This document shows, one piece after another, positions 1-8,347 of a DNA stretch of 50,379 bases. Under the pieces are notes generated by a model. The model did not search any database. It worked only from the letters and a program-made list of their open reading frames with translations, and was not told the DNA's origin. Numbering within the stretch: the first letter of the stretch is position 1; each line of letters starts with the position of its first letter. Source of the DNA: a virus (lineage: Duplodnaviria > Caudoviricetes); the IMG/VR virus record IMGVR_UViG_3300030372_002152, positions 1-50,379 of that record. One strand, written 5' to 3'. The position numbers and the translations under genes were made by a program.

Positions 1-112
1 ATCACATAGGGGTTACTTTGGGGGATCGTTCTCGATGTCGGTCGGATCGGGAGGGGGCACCCCCATATATTTGGGGGCGGTCGTCTCACAGTCGTGCTGT
101 CTGGCTAAGATT

Positions 113-151
113 TGTAAATTCATTTACATATAATTTCGTTTCGGGTACACT
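113..151 (+). promoter_or_regulatory. Sigma70-like promoter for the late operon with an overlapping palindrome
   Basis: TTTACA (123-128), 17 bp spacer, TACACT (146-151). A perfect inverted repeat TGTAAAT-TC-ATTTACA (113-128) overlaps the -35. Confidence 0.6.
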
Positions 152-194
152 AACTTATCACTAACAGCAACAGCAACTTATCACAGGCACGGCA

Positions 195-458
195 TTGGCA
201 GAAACTAGGAAAAAGAAGTCAACGACGAGGAAGAAGAGAAAGGTCAACTACAAAACCGAGTACCGAAAATATCATTCCAGTACTCGTATGAAGCAGGAAC
301 GTGCACTGAGGAACAAGAACCGACGACGGGCGATCCGATCAGGAAGAGTAAAGAAGGGTGATGGCACACACATCGACCATAAAGATGGAAATCCCAGAAA
401 CAACGGTAAAGGGAACCTTAGAGTCGTTTCCGCAAAATCAAACAGAAAGAAGCAATAA
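195..458 (+). CDS. Small basic HNH endonuclease-like protein
   Basis: HIDHKDGNPRNN...NLRVVSAKSNR HNH motif; lies upstream of the terminase; TTG start. Confidence 0.8.
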   Translation: MAETRKKKSTTRKKRKVNYKTEYRKYHSSTRMKQERALRNKNRRRAIRSGRVKKGDGTHIDHKDGNPRNNGKGNLRVVSAKSNRKKQ

Positions 459-837
459 ACTTCTGTTAGATGCCGTAGGTCTGTGGACAAGGAACCCTGT
501 TTATAGGGAATTACCCGCGAAGACAATTGCGTGGAGGTTACTTCCTGCAATAAAAAACAAAAAAATTAAAGTTTTCTACAAGGACAAGGAACCTTATGCA
601 TTTGTCACTTGGGCGTTTTTTACACAGAAGGAACGGGTTACTGGGGAATATTGTGGTGAACAAGTGTTTGCAAGAACCGACGGATCTGTGTTAAAGATAC
701 TAGACATGGTAGCCCATCATAGTGTACTTTATATTGGTAGGCAGTTGTATGAGTTTTTAAAGAATGAATATCCCCATGTAAACCGCGTTTATGCGAAAAG
801 GGGGAACCGAGAAGCATGGTACGATATAAGGAGATAA
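358..837 (+). CDS. RTX toxin-activating lysine acyltransferase (HlyC/TAAT)-like protein; start uncertain
   Basis: GLW...LLPAI...PYAFVTWAF...LKILDMVA matches the HlyC family pattern (LW..SP.H, LPAI, P.AY.SWA, W.ID.IAPFG). The recognisable domain starts at about 460. Confidence 0.7.
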   Translation: MMAHTSTIKMEIPETTVKGTLESFPQNQTERSNKLLLDAVGLWTRNPVYRELPAKTIAWRLLPAIKNKKIKVFYKDKEPYAFVTWAFFTQKERVTGEYCGEQVFARTDGSVLKILDMVAHHSVLYIGRQLYEFLKNEYPHVNRVYAKRGNREAWYDIRR

Positions 838-840
838 AGT

Positions 841-2319
841 ATGGGTGAATCACAGAGTGGCGGTGGAGTAGACACGGACGTAGGCGGTGCCGGTAGAGAT
901 GTAGGTGGTGCAAATTATGGTCAATCTCCAGGGGCAATGGGTGGCAGACAGCCAAACACTGTTCCAGATGTACGACCTAGCATATACGGAAAATCTTTTG
1001 ATCCAGGCGTTTACTCTGAGCCAGAGACATCTATAGTTCCTAGTTTCGATGGCCCTATGGGTTCTGGAGCGAGCACCAATGCAGCAGTTAGAGATTTACA
1101 GCGTTTCGGTAGTGGCATAGCAGCTTTGACGGGGGGATCAAGACCCGAACAAACTTTTTCTCCTAGCTTTACTCCTTCTTCTTCAACCTCTGGCACTATG
1201 CCCACGGTTCAAGGACCTGCAGATAGGAGAATGTCTTTCTCACCTTCTGGCGGCACGGGCGTGTCTCCAGAACAAGTTCGTTCTGAAAGAATGTTTGCAG
1301 AACCTGCTTATGTTTCCCTTTATAATAATCCTGACCCTATGATTCTTCAACCAGACTCTGTTCCTTTCTACGATGACATGGGAGGGAGGCGATTTATACC
1401 CCCTGGCTCTGATACGGGGTTTCCACCAGACGCACCTGCGTATGATCCAACTGACGCAACTGACGCTGCACTAAGAAGAGCAGTTCCTGCGTTAAATGCA
1501 TCGTACAACCGTGCTCCATACCCAGTGGGCGGTGGTACTTCTAGACCAGACCCTGCTTTATTTCCACAAGAATTAGGCGGTGGAACCATAGATAGTCCAC
1601 CGATACTCAGTACTGAGCCTCCTTATGACATAAATAATTTAGAAGCAGGACGACTTGGTGGCTCCAGTGGACTAAGACAATCGCCTGGTGCGATGGGGGG
1701 CAGATACTTCCCAGTTAAAAGTGGTTTAACAGGGGTTTCGGATGATCCCTTTGCGCCTCCTACACGACCAGGTACGGATTTCTTTGGCGAAGGTACACTA
1801 GGCTCTTTAGGAACGGATGAGGCAACGACCCTTGCAAATCTTGTAACAACGGGCAAAAAGGGCAACGCAAAACAAGAAGCACAGAAAAAGACAATAGGAC
1901 AAAGACTACAAGAATTAGGGAAGAAGATATCTGATTTTAGTTTCTCTGATTTTATAGGATTCGTAGGCGACGTTCTTCGAGGCGACCCGAACTATAAAGG
2001 TCCGTCAGAAGCTCAACTTCAACTAGCCCAGGTTCCCGGACCAGGACCCGCTGTTGGTGGAGGCGTACCCTCGCCAAGTGGAGTTGGTGGAGCACCGTCC
2101 GCGATCCAATGTCCACCGGGCTTTAAGTTTGATCCAGTGCAAAACATATGCGTACCGATAGTGGCACCTGCACCGCCAGTGACCACGCCCCCTGCACCAG
2201 GAACCACGGCTCCCGCACCTGCAACTGGAGGTATCTCGGCTATACCGAATGTATATCCATTTACATTGACACCTCCAATCGGAGCACCAATAGGGAATAT
2301 CGCACCCGTTAGATCATGA
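841..2319 (+). CDS. Gly/Pro/Ser-rich, probably disordered protein (possible virion or ejected protein)
   Basis: 492 aa ORF with RBS AGGAG; QSPGAMGGR occurs twice; CPPGFKFDPVQNIC motif; overlaps the TerL start (ATGA). Confidence 0.7.
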   Translation: MGESQSGGGVDTDVGGAGRDVGGANYGQSPGAMGGRQPNTVPDVRPSIYGKSFDPGVYSEPETSIVPSFDGPMGSGASTNAAVRDLQRFGSGIAALTGGSRPEQTFSPSFTPSSSTSGTMPTVQGPADRRMSFSPSGGTGVSPEQVRSERMFAEPAYVSLYNNPDPMILQPDSVPFYDDMGGRRFIPPGSDTGFPPDAPAYDPTDATDAALRRAVPALNASYNRAPYPVGGGTSRPDPALFPQELGGGTIDSPPILSTEPPYDINNLEAGRLGGSSGLRQSPGAMGGRYFPVKSGLTGVSDDPFAPPTRPGTDFFGEGTLGSLGTDEATTLANLVTTGKKGNAKQEAQKKTIGQRLQELGKKISDFSFSDFIGFVGDVLRGDPNYKGPSEAQLQLAQVPGPGPAVGGGVPSPSGVGGAPSAIQCPPGFKFDPVQNICVPIVAPAPPVTTPPAPGTTAPAPATGGISAIPNVYPFTLTPPIGAPIGNIAPVRS

Positions 2320-3779
2320 ACTACCAAGCAGTTCCCGAAGAGGTACTAAAAGAGGTACTTCTTCTTACGGAAGCCAAAAAGAAAATGGATCTCCGTGAAA
2401 AGGCACAGGAGAAGTTTATGCCGTTTGCCCATCATGTGTATGAGGGGTTTATAGAGGGCAGACACCATAGGGTAATTGCAGAAAAACTGGAGAAAGTAGC
2501 GAGGGGCGAGATCAAGAGGCTCATTGTGAATATGCCTCCTCGTCATTCTAAATCTGAATTTGCGTCTTTTATGATGCCCGCATGGTTTTTGGGAAGGAAC
2601 CCTAAATTAAAAATTATCCAAGCAACCCATAATACGGAACTGGCAGTACGTTTTGGTCGAAAAGTAAGAGACTTGATTGCCGATCCACAGTACCAGGACG
2701 TATTTCCCGATACGACATTGAAGGAAGACAGTAAATCTGCGGGAAGATGGCAGACATCAGCAGGGGGCGAGTACTTTGCTGCGGGCGTTGGAGCAGCGGT
2801 CACGGGCCGTGGTGCGGATTTATTTATTATTGATGACCCACACTCGGAGCAAGATGCACTATCGGAGTCGGCATTTGACAATGCGTATGAATGGTATACC
2901 TCTGGGCCTCGACAGCGTCTTCAACCTGGGGGGTCAATTATCCTGGTTATGACGAGATGGGGTAAAAAAGACTTGACAGGGCGATTATTGGCGGCTCAAG
3001 GGAGCGATACAATGTCAGATCAGTGGGAAGTGGTCGAGTTTCCTGCAATTATGCCCTCTGACAAGCCATTATGGCCCGAATTTTGGGATAAAGACACACT
3101 TTTAGGCATAAAAGCGTCGTTACCCGTTGCAAAATGGTCGGCACAGTGGCAACAACAGCCAACTTCGGAAGAAGGAGCGATTGTCAAGAAGGAATGGTGG
3201 AATATGTGGGAGAAAGATGACATCCCCGACGTGAAATACATCATTCAAAGTTACGATACAGCGTTTTCGAAGAAAGAAAGTGCGGATTACAGTGCTATAA
3301 CGACGTGGGGGGTCTTTACATCCGAGAAAGACGGCTCCGACAACATAATTTTGATGGATGCGAAGCGTGGAAGGTGGAGTTTTCCCGAATTGAAGCGTGA
3401 GGCGTATGAAGAATACGATTATTGGGAGCCAGATATGGTGATTATAGAGGCAAAAGCCAGTGGTACGCCCCTTATGGACGAATTACGCCTTCATAACATC
3501 CCTGCTTTGGGGTTTTCACCAGGAAAAGGCAACGACAAAACAACTAGAATGCATATGGTGGCTCCATTGTTCGAGGCGGGTAAGGTTTGGGCACCAGAAA
3601 ACAAGAGTTTTGCTGAAGAAGTTATTGAAGAAATCGCTTCTTTCCCGTATGGTGATCATGACGACTTTTGTGATAGTATGACAATGGCTCTGATGCGTTT
3701 TCGTAAGGGTGGCTTTATTTACCTTGACGGAGAGGACGAAGAAGAGGATTATATACCTAAGATGAGGAACTATTACTAA
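2316..3779 (+). CDS. terL: Terminase large subunit
   Basis: Walker A variant MPPRHSKS, Walker B FIIDDP, coupling motif VMTRW, RNase H-like QSYDTA and HDDFCD. Confidence 0.96.
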   Translation: MNYQAVPEEVLKEVLLLTEAKKKMDLREKAQEKFMPFAHHVYEGFIEGRHHRVIAEKLEKVARGEIKRLIVNMPPRHSKSEFASFMMPAWFLGRNPKLKIIQATHNTELAVRFGRKVRDLIADPQYQDVFPDTTLKEDSKSAGRWQTSAGGEYFAAGVGAAVTGRGADLFIIDDPHSEQDALSESAFDNAYEWYTSGPRQRLQPGGSIILVMTRWGKKDLTGRLLAAQGSDTMSDQWEVVEFPAIMPSDKPLWPEFWDKDTLLGIKASLPVAKWSAQWQQQPTSEEGAIVKKEWWNMWEKDDIPDVKYIIQSYDTAFSKKESADYSAITTWGVFTSEKDGSDNIILMDAKRGRWSFPELKREAYEEYDYWEPDMVIIEAKASGTPLMDELRLHNIPALGFSPGKGNDKTTRMHMVAPLFEAGKVWAPENKSFAEEVIEEIASFPYGDHDDFCDSMTMALMRFRKGGFIYLDGEDEEEDYIPKMRNYY

Positions 3780-3925
3780 TGGCTGAAACTGAGGAAGAAA
3801 TCAGAAAAGCATCGGAGAATAGAAAGTATGATCCGCAGAAACATTTTGAAACAATGTTAGCAATTAGAGACGCATGGAGAGAACAGGAAGAAGGAGAAGA
3901 AGATGAAGCTCGAAAAGTTAAATAA
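3779..3925 (+). CDS. Small acidic hypothetical protein (48 aa, MAETEEEIRK...; not in ORF track)
   Basis: ATG overlaps the TerL stop (TAATG); open to TAA at 3923-3925; fills the gap between genes. Confidence 0.6.
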   Translation: MAETEEEIRKASENRKYDPQKHFETMLAIRDAWREQEEGEEDEARKVK

Positions 3926-4094
3926 AATAGTAGAAAAAGCTAAAGAAAAGAACATAGACATAAAGAACACTCCCGAAGGCAAGAAAAAACTTGAAAAGCT
4001 AAAGAGTACTATAGGTGGTGGTAAAAAAGAAACCATGTCTATACAAAAGTATGATCGAGGTGGTTCTGTATCTAATTTCAAAGGAACCTATTGA
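3903..4094 (+). CDS. Small Lys-rich protein with YDRGGSV motif and NFKGTY C-terminus
   Basis: ORF track; upstream AAGGAG; overlaps both neighbours. Confidence 0.65.
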   Translation: MKLEKLNKIVEKAKEKNIDIKNTPEGKKKLEKLKSTIGGGKKETMSIQKYDRGGSVSNFKGTY

Positions 4095-4300
4095 TGGGTG
4101 ATAAAAAAGAAGAAGACCTAGTAGCCAAACTTATGAAGCTAAGAGACAAAGGACTTTTATCAGATGAACGACTTAAAAAACTTAAAGAGCTTCAGCAAGG
4201 AACCAAAAAAGCTTATGGCGGTATTATTAGATATAATAATGGTAATCTAGTAGACATGAGCCGTGGACAAGCAGGCTATAACTTTAAAGGGGTGTTTTAG
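4091..4300 (+). CDS. Small protein with KAYGGII motif and NFKGVF C-terminus
   Basis: ORF track; stop overlaps the portal start; C-terminus resembles that of the previous gene. Confidence 0.65.
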   Translation: MMGDKKEEDLVAKLMKLRDKGLLSDERLKKLKELQQGTKKAYGGIIRYNNGNLVDMSRGQAGYNFKGVF

Positions 4301-6783
4301 TGGCAGAAGAACGTAATCCTCTTGCAGCGTTAGTTGACTCTGGTATTAGTCCAGAAGTGGACGTGGATGAAGCGTCTGTAGAGATTGATGTTAATATGCC
4401 TCAAGAATTTGAGGGAGGAGCCGAGGTTCTCGATGATGGGCAAGGTGGTGCGATTGTTCAAGCTCTTATGGAGCAACAGCCTATGGAAGTCATGGCAGAA
4501 GCGTATGACCACAACGCTAATCTAGCCGAAGCGTTGGATGACGCTACTTTAGGCGAATTATCCTCAGATATACGAGCTTCTTTCGAAGAAGACCAAGAAT
4601 CAAGGTCCGAGTGGGAAGATACCTATACCAAGGGTCTAGATCTGCTTGGCGTACAGTATGACGATAGAACAGAGCCTTTTGAAGGTGCAAGTGGGGTAAC
4701 TCACCCTCTTATATCCGAATCCGTAACCCAGTTTCAGTCACAAGCTTATAAAGAGCTATTACCGTCTGGTGGGCCTATAAAAACCCAGATTTTGGGTGAA
4801 AAGACCCCAGATAGAGAAGCCCAAGCGGGTAGAATAAAAGAATTCATGAATTACCAGATCACGGAAGTGATGGAGGAATTCGATCCAGACACAGACCAAA
4901 TGCTCTTTTACTTACCTTTGTCTGGGTCAACCTTCAAGAAAGTGTACTTTGATCCTACGAAACAAAGAGCCGTATCGAAGTTTATACCTGCTCAAGACTT
5001 GGTTATTCCGTATTCTGCAAGTGATGTACAGACAGCGTCTCGTGTTACTCATGTTTTGCGTATGGACGAGAACGAGCTGCGTAAGTTACAACTTGGTGGA
5101 GTATATAGAGACATAGAAGTATCTGCCTCTGAAGAAGACGCTTCGACAGTAGAGGAAAAGAAAAACGAAATAGAGGGTATGTCTAAGGGATACTCTGAAG
5201 AAACACACACTATTCTTGAGTGTCACTCTGATCTAGATATAGAGGGTTTTGAGGATATGGGGGCAGACGGACAGCCGACAGGGTTGAAACTGCCGTATGT
5301 CGTGACCCTACACAAGGACAGTGGTGAGATACTAGCTATCCGTAGGAATTATGACGAAGGCGACCAATTGAAGAGAAAGAGGCAATTTTTTGTCCATTAC
5401 AAGTTCATGCCTGGTCTAGGTTTCTACGGTTTTGGATTGATACATATGCTTGGTGGATTAGGAAGAGCAACCACGAGTATTCTAAGACAGTTGATTGATG
5501 CGGGTACGCTAGCTAATTTACCCGCAGGTTTTAAGGCACGGGGCGTAAGAGTACGAAACGATGACGAACCTTTACAGCCTGGTGAGTTTAGGGACATTGA
5601 TGCCCCTGGGGGTAATATCCGTGACGCTATAATCCCGTTACCATATAAGGAACCTTCTGGAACACTGGCACAGCTTCTAGGCACGTTGATAGAGAGTGGT
5701 AGACGCTTTGTTTCTATTGCAGATGCTAAGATAGGTGAAGGAAATCAACAGAACGCCCCTGTAGGCACTACTGTAGCCCTATTAGAGCGTGGCATGAAGG
5801 TTATGTCAGCAATCCACAAAAGGCTGCACTATGCTCAGAAGACGGAGTTTAGGCTGTTAGCAAGGATCTTTGCAGAGAACTTACCTCCTCTTTATCCGTA
5901 TGAGGTCGCAGGAGCAGAGCAACAAGTAAAATCAACAGACTTTGATGCACGGGTGGATGTATTACCCGTAAGCGATCCAAACATATTTTCTATGGCTCAG
6001 AGAGTAACTCTGGCTCAAACTCAGCTACAACTAGCTCAATCCAACCCACAAGTACATAATGTTCATGCTGCTTACAGACGTATGTACCAAGCTCTGGAGG
6101 TACAAAACATTGAGGAGATTCTTCCACCGCCACCGCAACCACAGCCAACTGACCCTGCCATTGAAAATGCGAGAGCCTTGGCGGGTGAGTTACTACAAGT
6201 ATTTCCGGAACAAAGTCACGATGCTCATATATTGGTACATACTACCTTTATGCAGACACCTTTGGTAGCGACATCTCCACAAGTTATGGGTACGTTCTAC
6301 TCACATCTTCAAGAACACATAGCGTACAAAGCAAGAGCGATGGTAGAAAAAGAAGTAAACGAGGCAGCGCAAGGGCTGCAACAAGGTGTACAGCAAGGAC
6401 AGATTGATCCTATAACTGGACAGACGTATATGAATGAATTAGAACAAGGAGCTAACGACCCCGCCTCCATTGAAGAAAGGGTCGCTCAGATAGAAGTACA
6501 GCTAATGAAGGAGGTCATGGCTGCGGTTGCCCCACCACAACAGGTGCAGGAAGATCCACTCGTAAAGATACGAATGCAAGAACTTGCTATTAAACAAAAG
6601 CAAGCAGAAAATGATGCAAGTGTAGAGCAATCGAAATTACAGCTTGAGCAGATGAAACTGCAACAACGAGCTGCAACCGACGCTGCAAGATTAGAATTGC
6701 AGGAAGAAGTCGCTGACGAAAGAAATCAAGTAAATAGAGAAAGAATAGACGTACAAAGGCAGTCAACACAACAACGAGGCTAA
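4300..6783 (+). CDS. Portal protein (P22-like, with C-terminal coiled coil)
   Basis: 827 aa downstream of TerL; FKKVYFD and GLGFYGFGLIH motifs; Gln-rich coiled-coil tail typical of podoviral portals. Confidence 0.9.
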   Translation: MAEERNPLAALVDSGISPEVDVDEASVEIDVNMPQEFEGGAEVLDDGQGGAIVQALMEQQPMEVMAEAYDHNANLAEALDDATLGELSSDIRASFEEDQESRSEWEDTYTKGLDLLGVQYDDRTEPFEGASGVTHPLISESVTQFQSQAYKELLPSGGPIKTQILGEKTPDREAQAGRIKEFMNYQITEVMEEFDPDTDQMLFYLPLSGSTFKKVYFDPTKQRAVSKFIPAQDLVIPYSASDVQTASRVTHVLRMDENELRKLQLGGVYRDIEVSASEEDASTVEEKKNEIEGMSKGYSEETHTILECHSDLDIEGFEDMGADGQPTGLKLPYVVTLHKDSGEILAIRRNYDEGDQLKRKRQFFVHYKFMPGLGFYGFGLIHMLGGLGRATTSILRQLIDAGTLANLPAGFKARGVRVRNDDEPLQPGEFRDIDAPGGNIRDAIIPLPYKEPSGTLAQLLGTLIESGRRFVSIADAKIGEGNQQNAPVGTTVALLERGMKVMSAIHKRLHYAQKTEFRLLARIFAENLPPLYPYEVAGAEQQVKSTDFDARVDVLPVSDPNIFSMAQRVTLAQTQLQLAQSNPQVHNVHAAYRRMYQALEVQNIEEILPPPPQPQPTDPAIENARALAGELLQVFPEQSHDAHILVHTTFMQTPLVATSPQVMGTFYSHLQEHIAYKARAMVEKEVNEAAQGLQQGVQQGQIDPITGQTYMNELEQGANDPASIEERVAQIEVQLMKEVMAAVAPPQQVQEDPLVKIRMQELAIKQKQAENDASVEQSKLQLEQMKLQQRAATDAARLELQEEVADERNQVNRERIDVQRQSTQQRG

Positions 6784-6784
6784 A

Positions 6785-7282
6785 ATGTTTGACCCTATTA
6801 CGATCACGGCTGCCGTCAGCACGGCATCCACCGCCTTTGCGGGGATTAAACGTGCGTTTCAAGCGGGGCGTGATTTAGAATCGATGACGCAAGACCTGTC
6901 CCGTTGGATGGGTGCGGTTAGTGATGTGGATGCAGCACATAAGTCTGCTAAGAACCCTACTATGTTCCGTAAGGTCTTTGGTGGTGGTAGTGTTGAATCA
7001 GAAGCTATCGAAGCTTTTGCAGCGAAGAAGAAGCTTGAAGAACAAAGGTACGAGTTAAAACAATTTTTAATGTTTACGCATGGCTCAAAGTCTTGGGAGG
7101 AGCTGCTCCAGATGGAGGGGCAAATCCGTAAAAGGCGACAGAAAGAGATATATGATAGGAAACTATTACAGGAGAAAATTATTGGGTATATCTTACTTAC
7201 AGTGGTTCTTGTTGTTGGTTTTGGTGTTTTGGGTGGTCTTATATACACACTTATGGGCTTCGACAGAGGATGGTGGCAGTAA
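6785..7282 (+). CDS. Hypothetical membrane protein (C-terminal TM)
   Basis: MFDPITITAAV N-terminus, coiled region, hydrophobic IIGYILLTVVLVVGFGVLGGLIY. Confidence 0.75.
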   Translation: MFDPITITAAVSTASTAFAGIKRAFQAGRDLESMTQDLSRWMGAVSDVDAAHKSAKNPTMFRKVFGGGSVESEAIEAFAAKKKLEEQRYELKQFLMFTHGSKSWEELLQMEGQIRKRRQKEIYDRKLLQEKIIGYILLTVVLVVGFGVLGGLIYTLMGFDRGWWQ

Positions 7283-7655
7283 ATGTGTTCGGAAAGATGG
7301 CGGTCAATATACATTCGAATGGCTCTGTACCCAGGAAGGTGTGATATATTTAGCACAGTCAGAAAATATAAAGCAATGTTTTACTTGTTTCTTGAAGAAA
7401 TTCAGCGATTGGACATGGGAACAAGAAATAAGAAAAGGGATTAGAGAAGACCCTAAATACATAACGTGTCGTAGATATAAGAGGGTTCAAGCAAAGAATG
7501 GTCAACAAGTTTGTTTGTACAAAGGAGCAAATAACACATATACTTTAGTTGTAGAAGGACAGTGCCCCGTAGAGTATAGATGTAAGTATGATCCGAATGG
7601 ACAAGAACCAAACATAAACAGTGTAGTTGACTCTTTAAACGATAAATTCAAATGA
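7152..7655 (+). CDS. Cys-rich secreted or membrane-anchored protein overlapping the upstream gene
   Basis: ATG at 7152 gives a basic n-region plus hydrophobic stretch (RRKLLGISYLQWFLLLVLVFWVVL), then a domain with 8 Cys; start inferred. Confidence 0.6.
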   Translation: MIGNYYRRKLLGISYLQWFLLLVLVFWVVLYTHLWASTEDGGSKCVRKDGGQYTFEWLCTQEGVIYLAQSENIKQCFTCFLKKFSDWTWEQEIRKGIREDPKYITCRRYKRVQAKNGQQVCLYKGANNTYTLVVEGQCPVEYRCKYDPNGQEPNINSVVDSLNDKFK

Positions 7656-7837
7656 AAACACTAGCATTTATATTAGTAATAATGAATAATACGACCATCG
7701 AGGGAGAGATTATGTTCCCTAGCTTTCAGAAATGTTCGTGGTATCAAGCCATGATTGACAATTCAAAAGCGGGAAAAGTTCATAACTACTCAGCCTACTG
7801 TAAGCCAGTTGTTATAACGAAGAGAGAAGACATATAA
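7652..7837 (+). CDS. Small hypothetical protein with hydrophobic N-terminus and Cys pair
   Basis: MKTLAFILVIM...F...C...AYCKP; ATGA overlap with the previous gene. Confidence 0.65.
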   Translation: MKTLAFILVIMNNTTIEGEIMFPSFQKCSWYQAMIDNSKAGKVHNYSAYCKPVVITKREDI

Positions 7838-8181
7838 TGCAAAAGAAGTTACAGAAAGGGTCTATTTTAGCAGAGGAGCTAGATACTAATGGCGATGGAG
7901 TGGTAACAGATCAAGAGCTTATGCTCAAAGAACGAATGATGCGTCTAGAGAATCAAGACAAAAAAGAAGATCAACAAAGATATATGGTGTGGTTTTCTGC
8001 TATTTCTGTTACACTGTTTATCGTCGTACTGATGCTACCCGTAGTTCCATTGGATAGAGTAGATCATTTGTCCTCTATAGCCTCAACTTGGGTGATAAGT
8101 AATATGGGAATAATCGGTGCGTTCATTGCAGGTAACGCTTTTAGTAGAAAAAGTGGAGGTGGAAAAAATGAGCCTATTTGA
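7837..8181 (+). CDS. EF-hand-containing two-TM membrane protein (possible holin or antiholin)
   Basis: DTNGDGVVTDQE canonical EF-hand loop followed by two hydrophobic helices; lies in the lysis cluster. Confidence 0.7.
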   Translation: MQKKLQKGSILAEELDTNGDGVVTDQELMLKERMMRLENQDKKEDQQRYMVWFSAISVTLFIVVLMLPVVPLDRVDHLSSIASTWVISNMGIIGAFIAGNAFSRKSGGGKNEPI

Positions 8182-8275
8182 TTTACCATTATGGAAAATG
8201 CCTAAAAAAATATTAATTTATGTTAAAAATAAAATTGTGTCGTTCTTTACAAAAACGGAGAAAGAAGATGTATAA
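8168..8275 (+). CDS. Small hypothetical peptide (35 aa, MSLFDLPLWKMPKK...)
   Basis: GGAGGTGG upstream; amphipathic basic sequence; fills the gap. Confidence 0.45.
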   Translation: MSLFDLPLWKMPKKILIYVKNKIVSFFTKTEKEDV

Positions 8276-8345
8276 ATACTTAAAAAGAATTTGGTGTGCC
8301 TTACTAAATAAAAAATGTGACGTTTGTATGTGTAGTGAGGCATAA
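8268..8345 (+). CDS. Small Cys-rich peptide (25 aa, MYKYLKRIWCALLNKKCDVCMCSEA)
   Basis: GGAG upstream; overlaps the previous ORF; ends 2 nt before the holin. Confidence 0.45.
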   Translation: MYKYLKRIWCALLNKKCDVCMCSEA

Positions 8346-8347
8346 AA

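Noticed and set aside
1-5. ATCAC at the start and GTGAT at the end as terminal inverted repeats
   Set aside because: Only 5 bp match and the complementarity stops there. There is no protein-primed polymerase or transposase, so chance is sufficient.
153-186. TTATCAC(A) repeats as DnaA boxes
   Set aside because: They lack one base of TTATCCACA, and only two copies occur, within a transcript leader.
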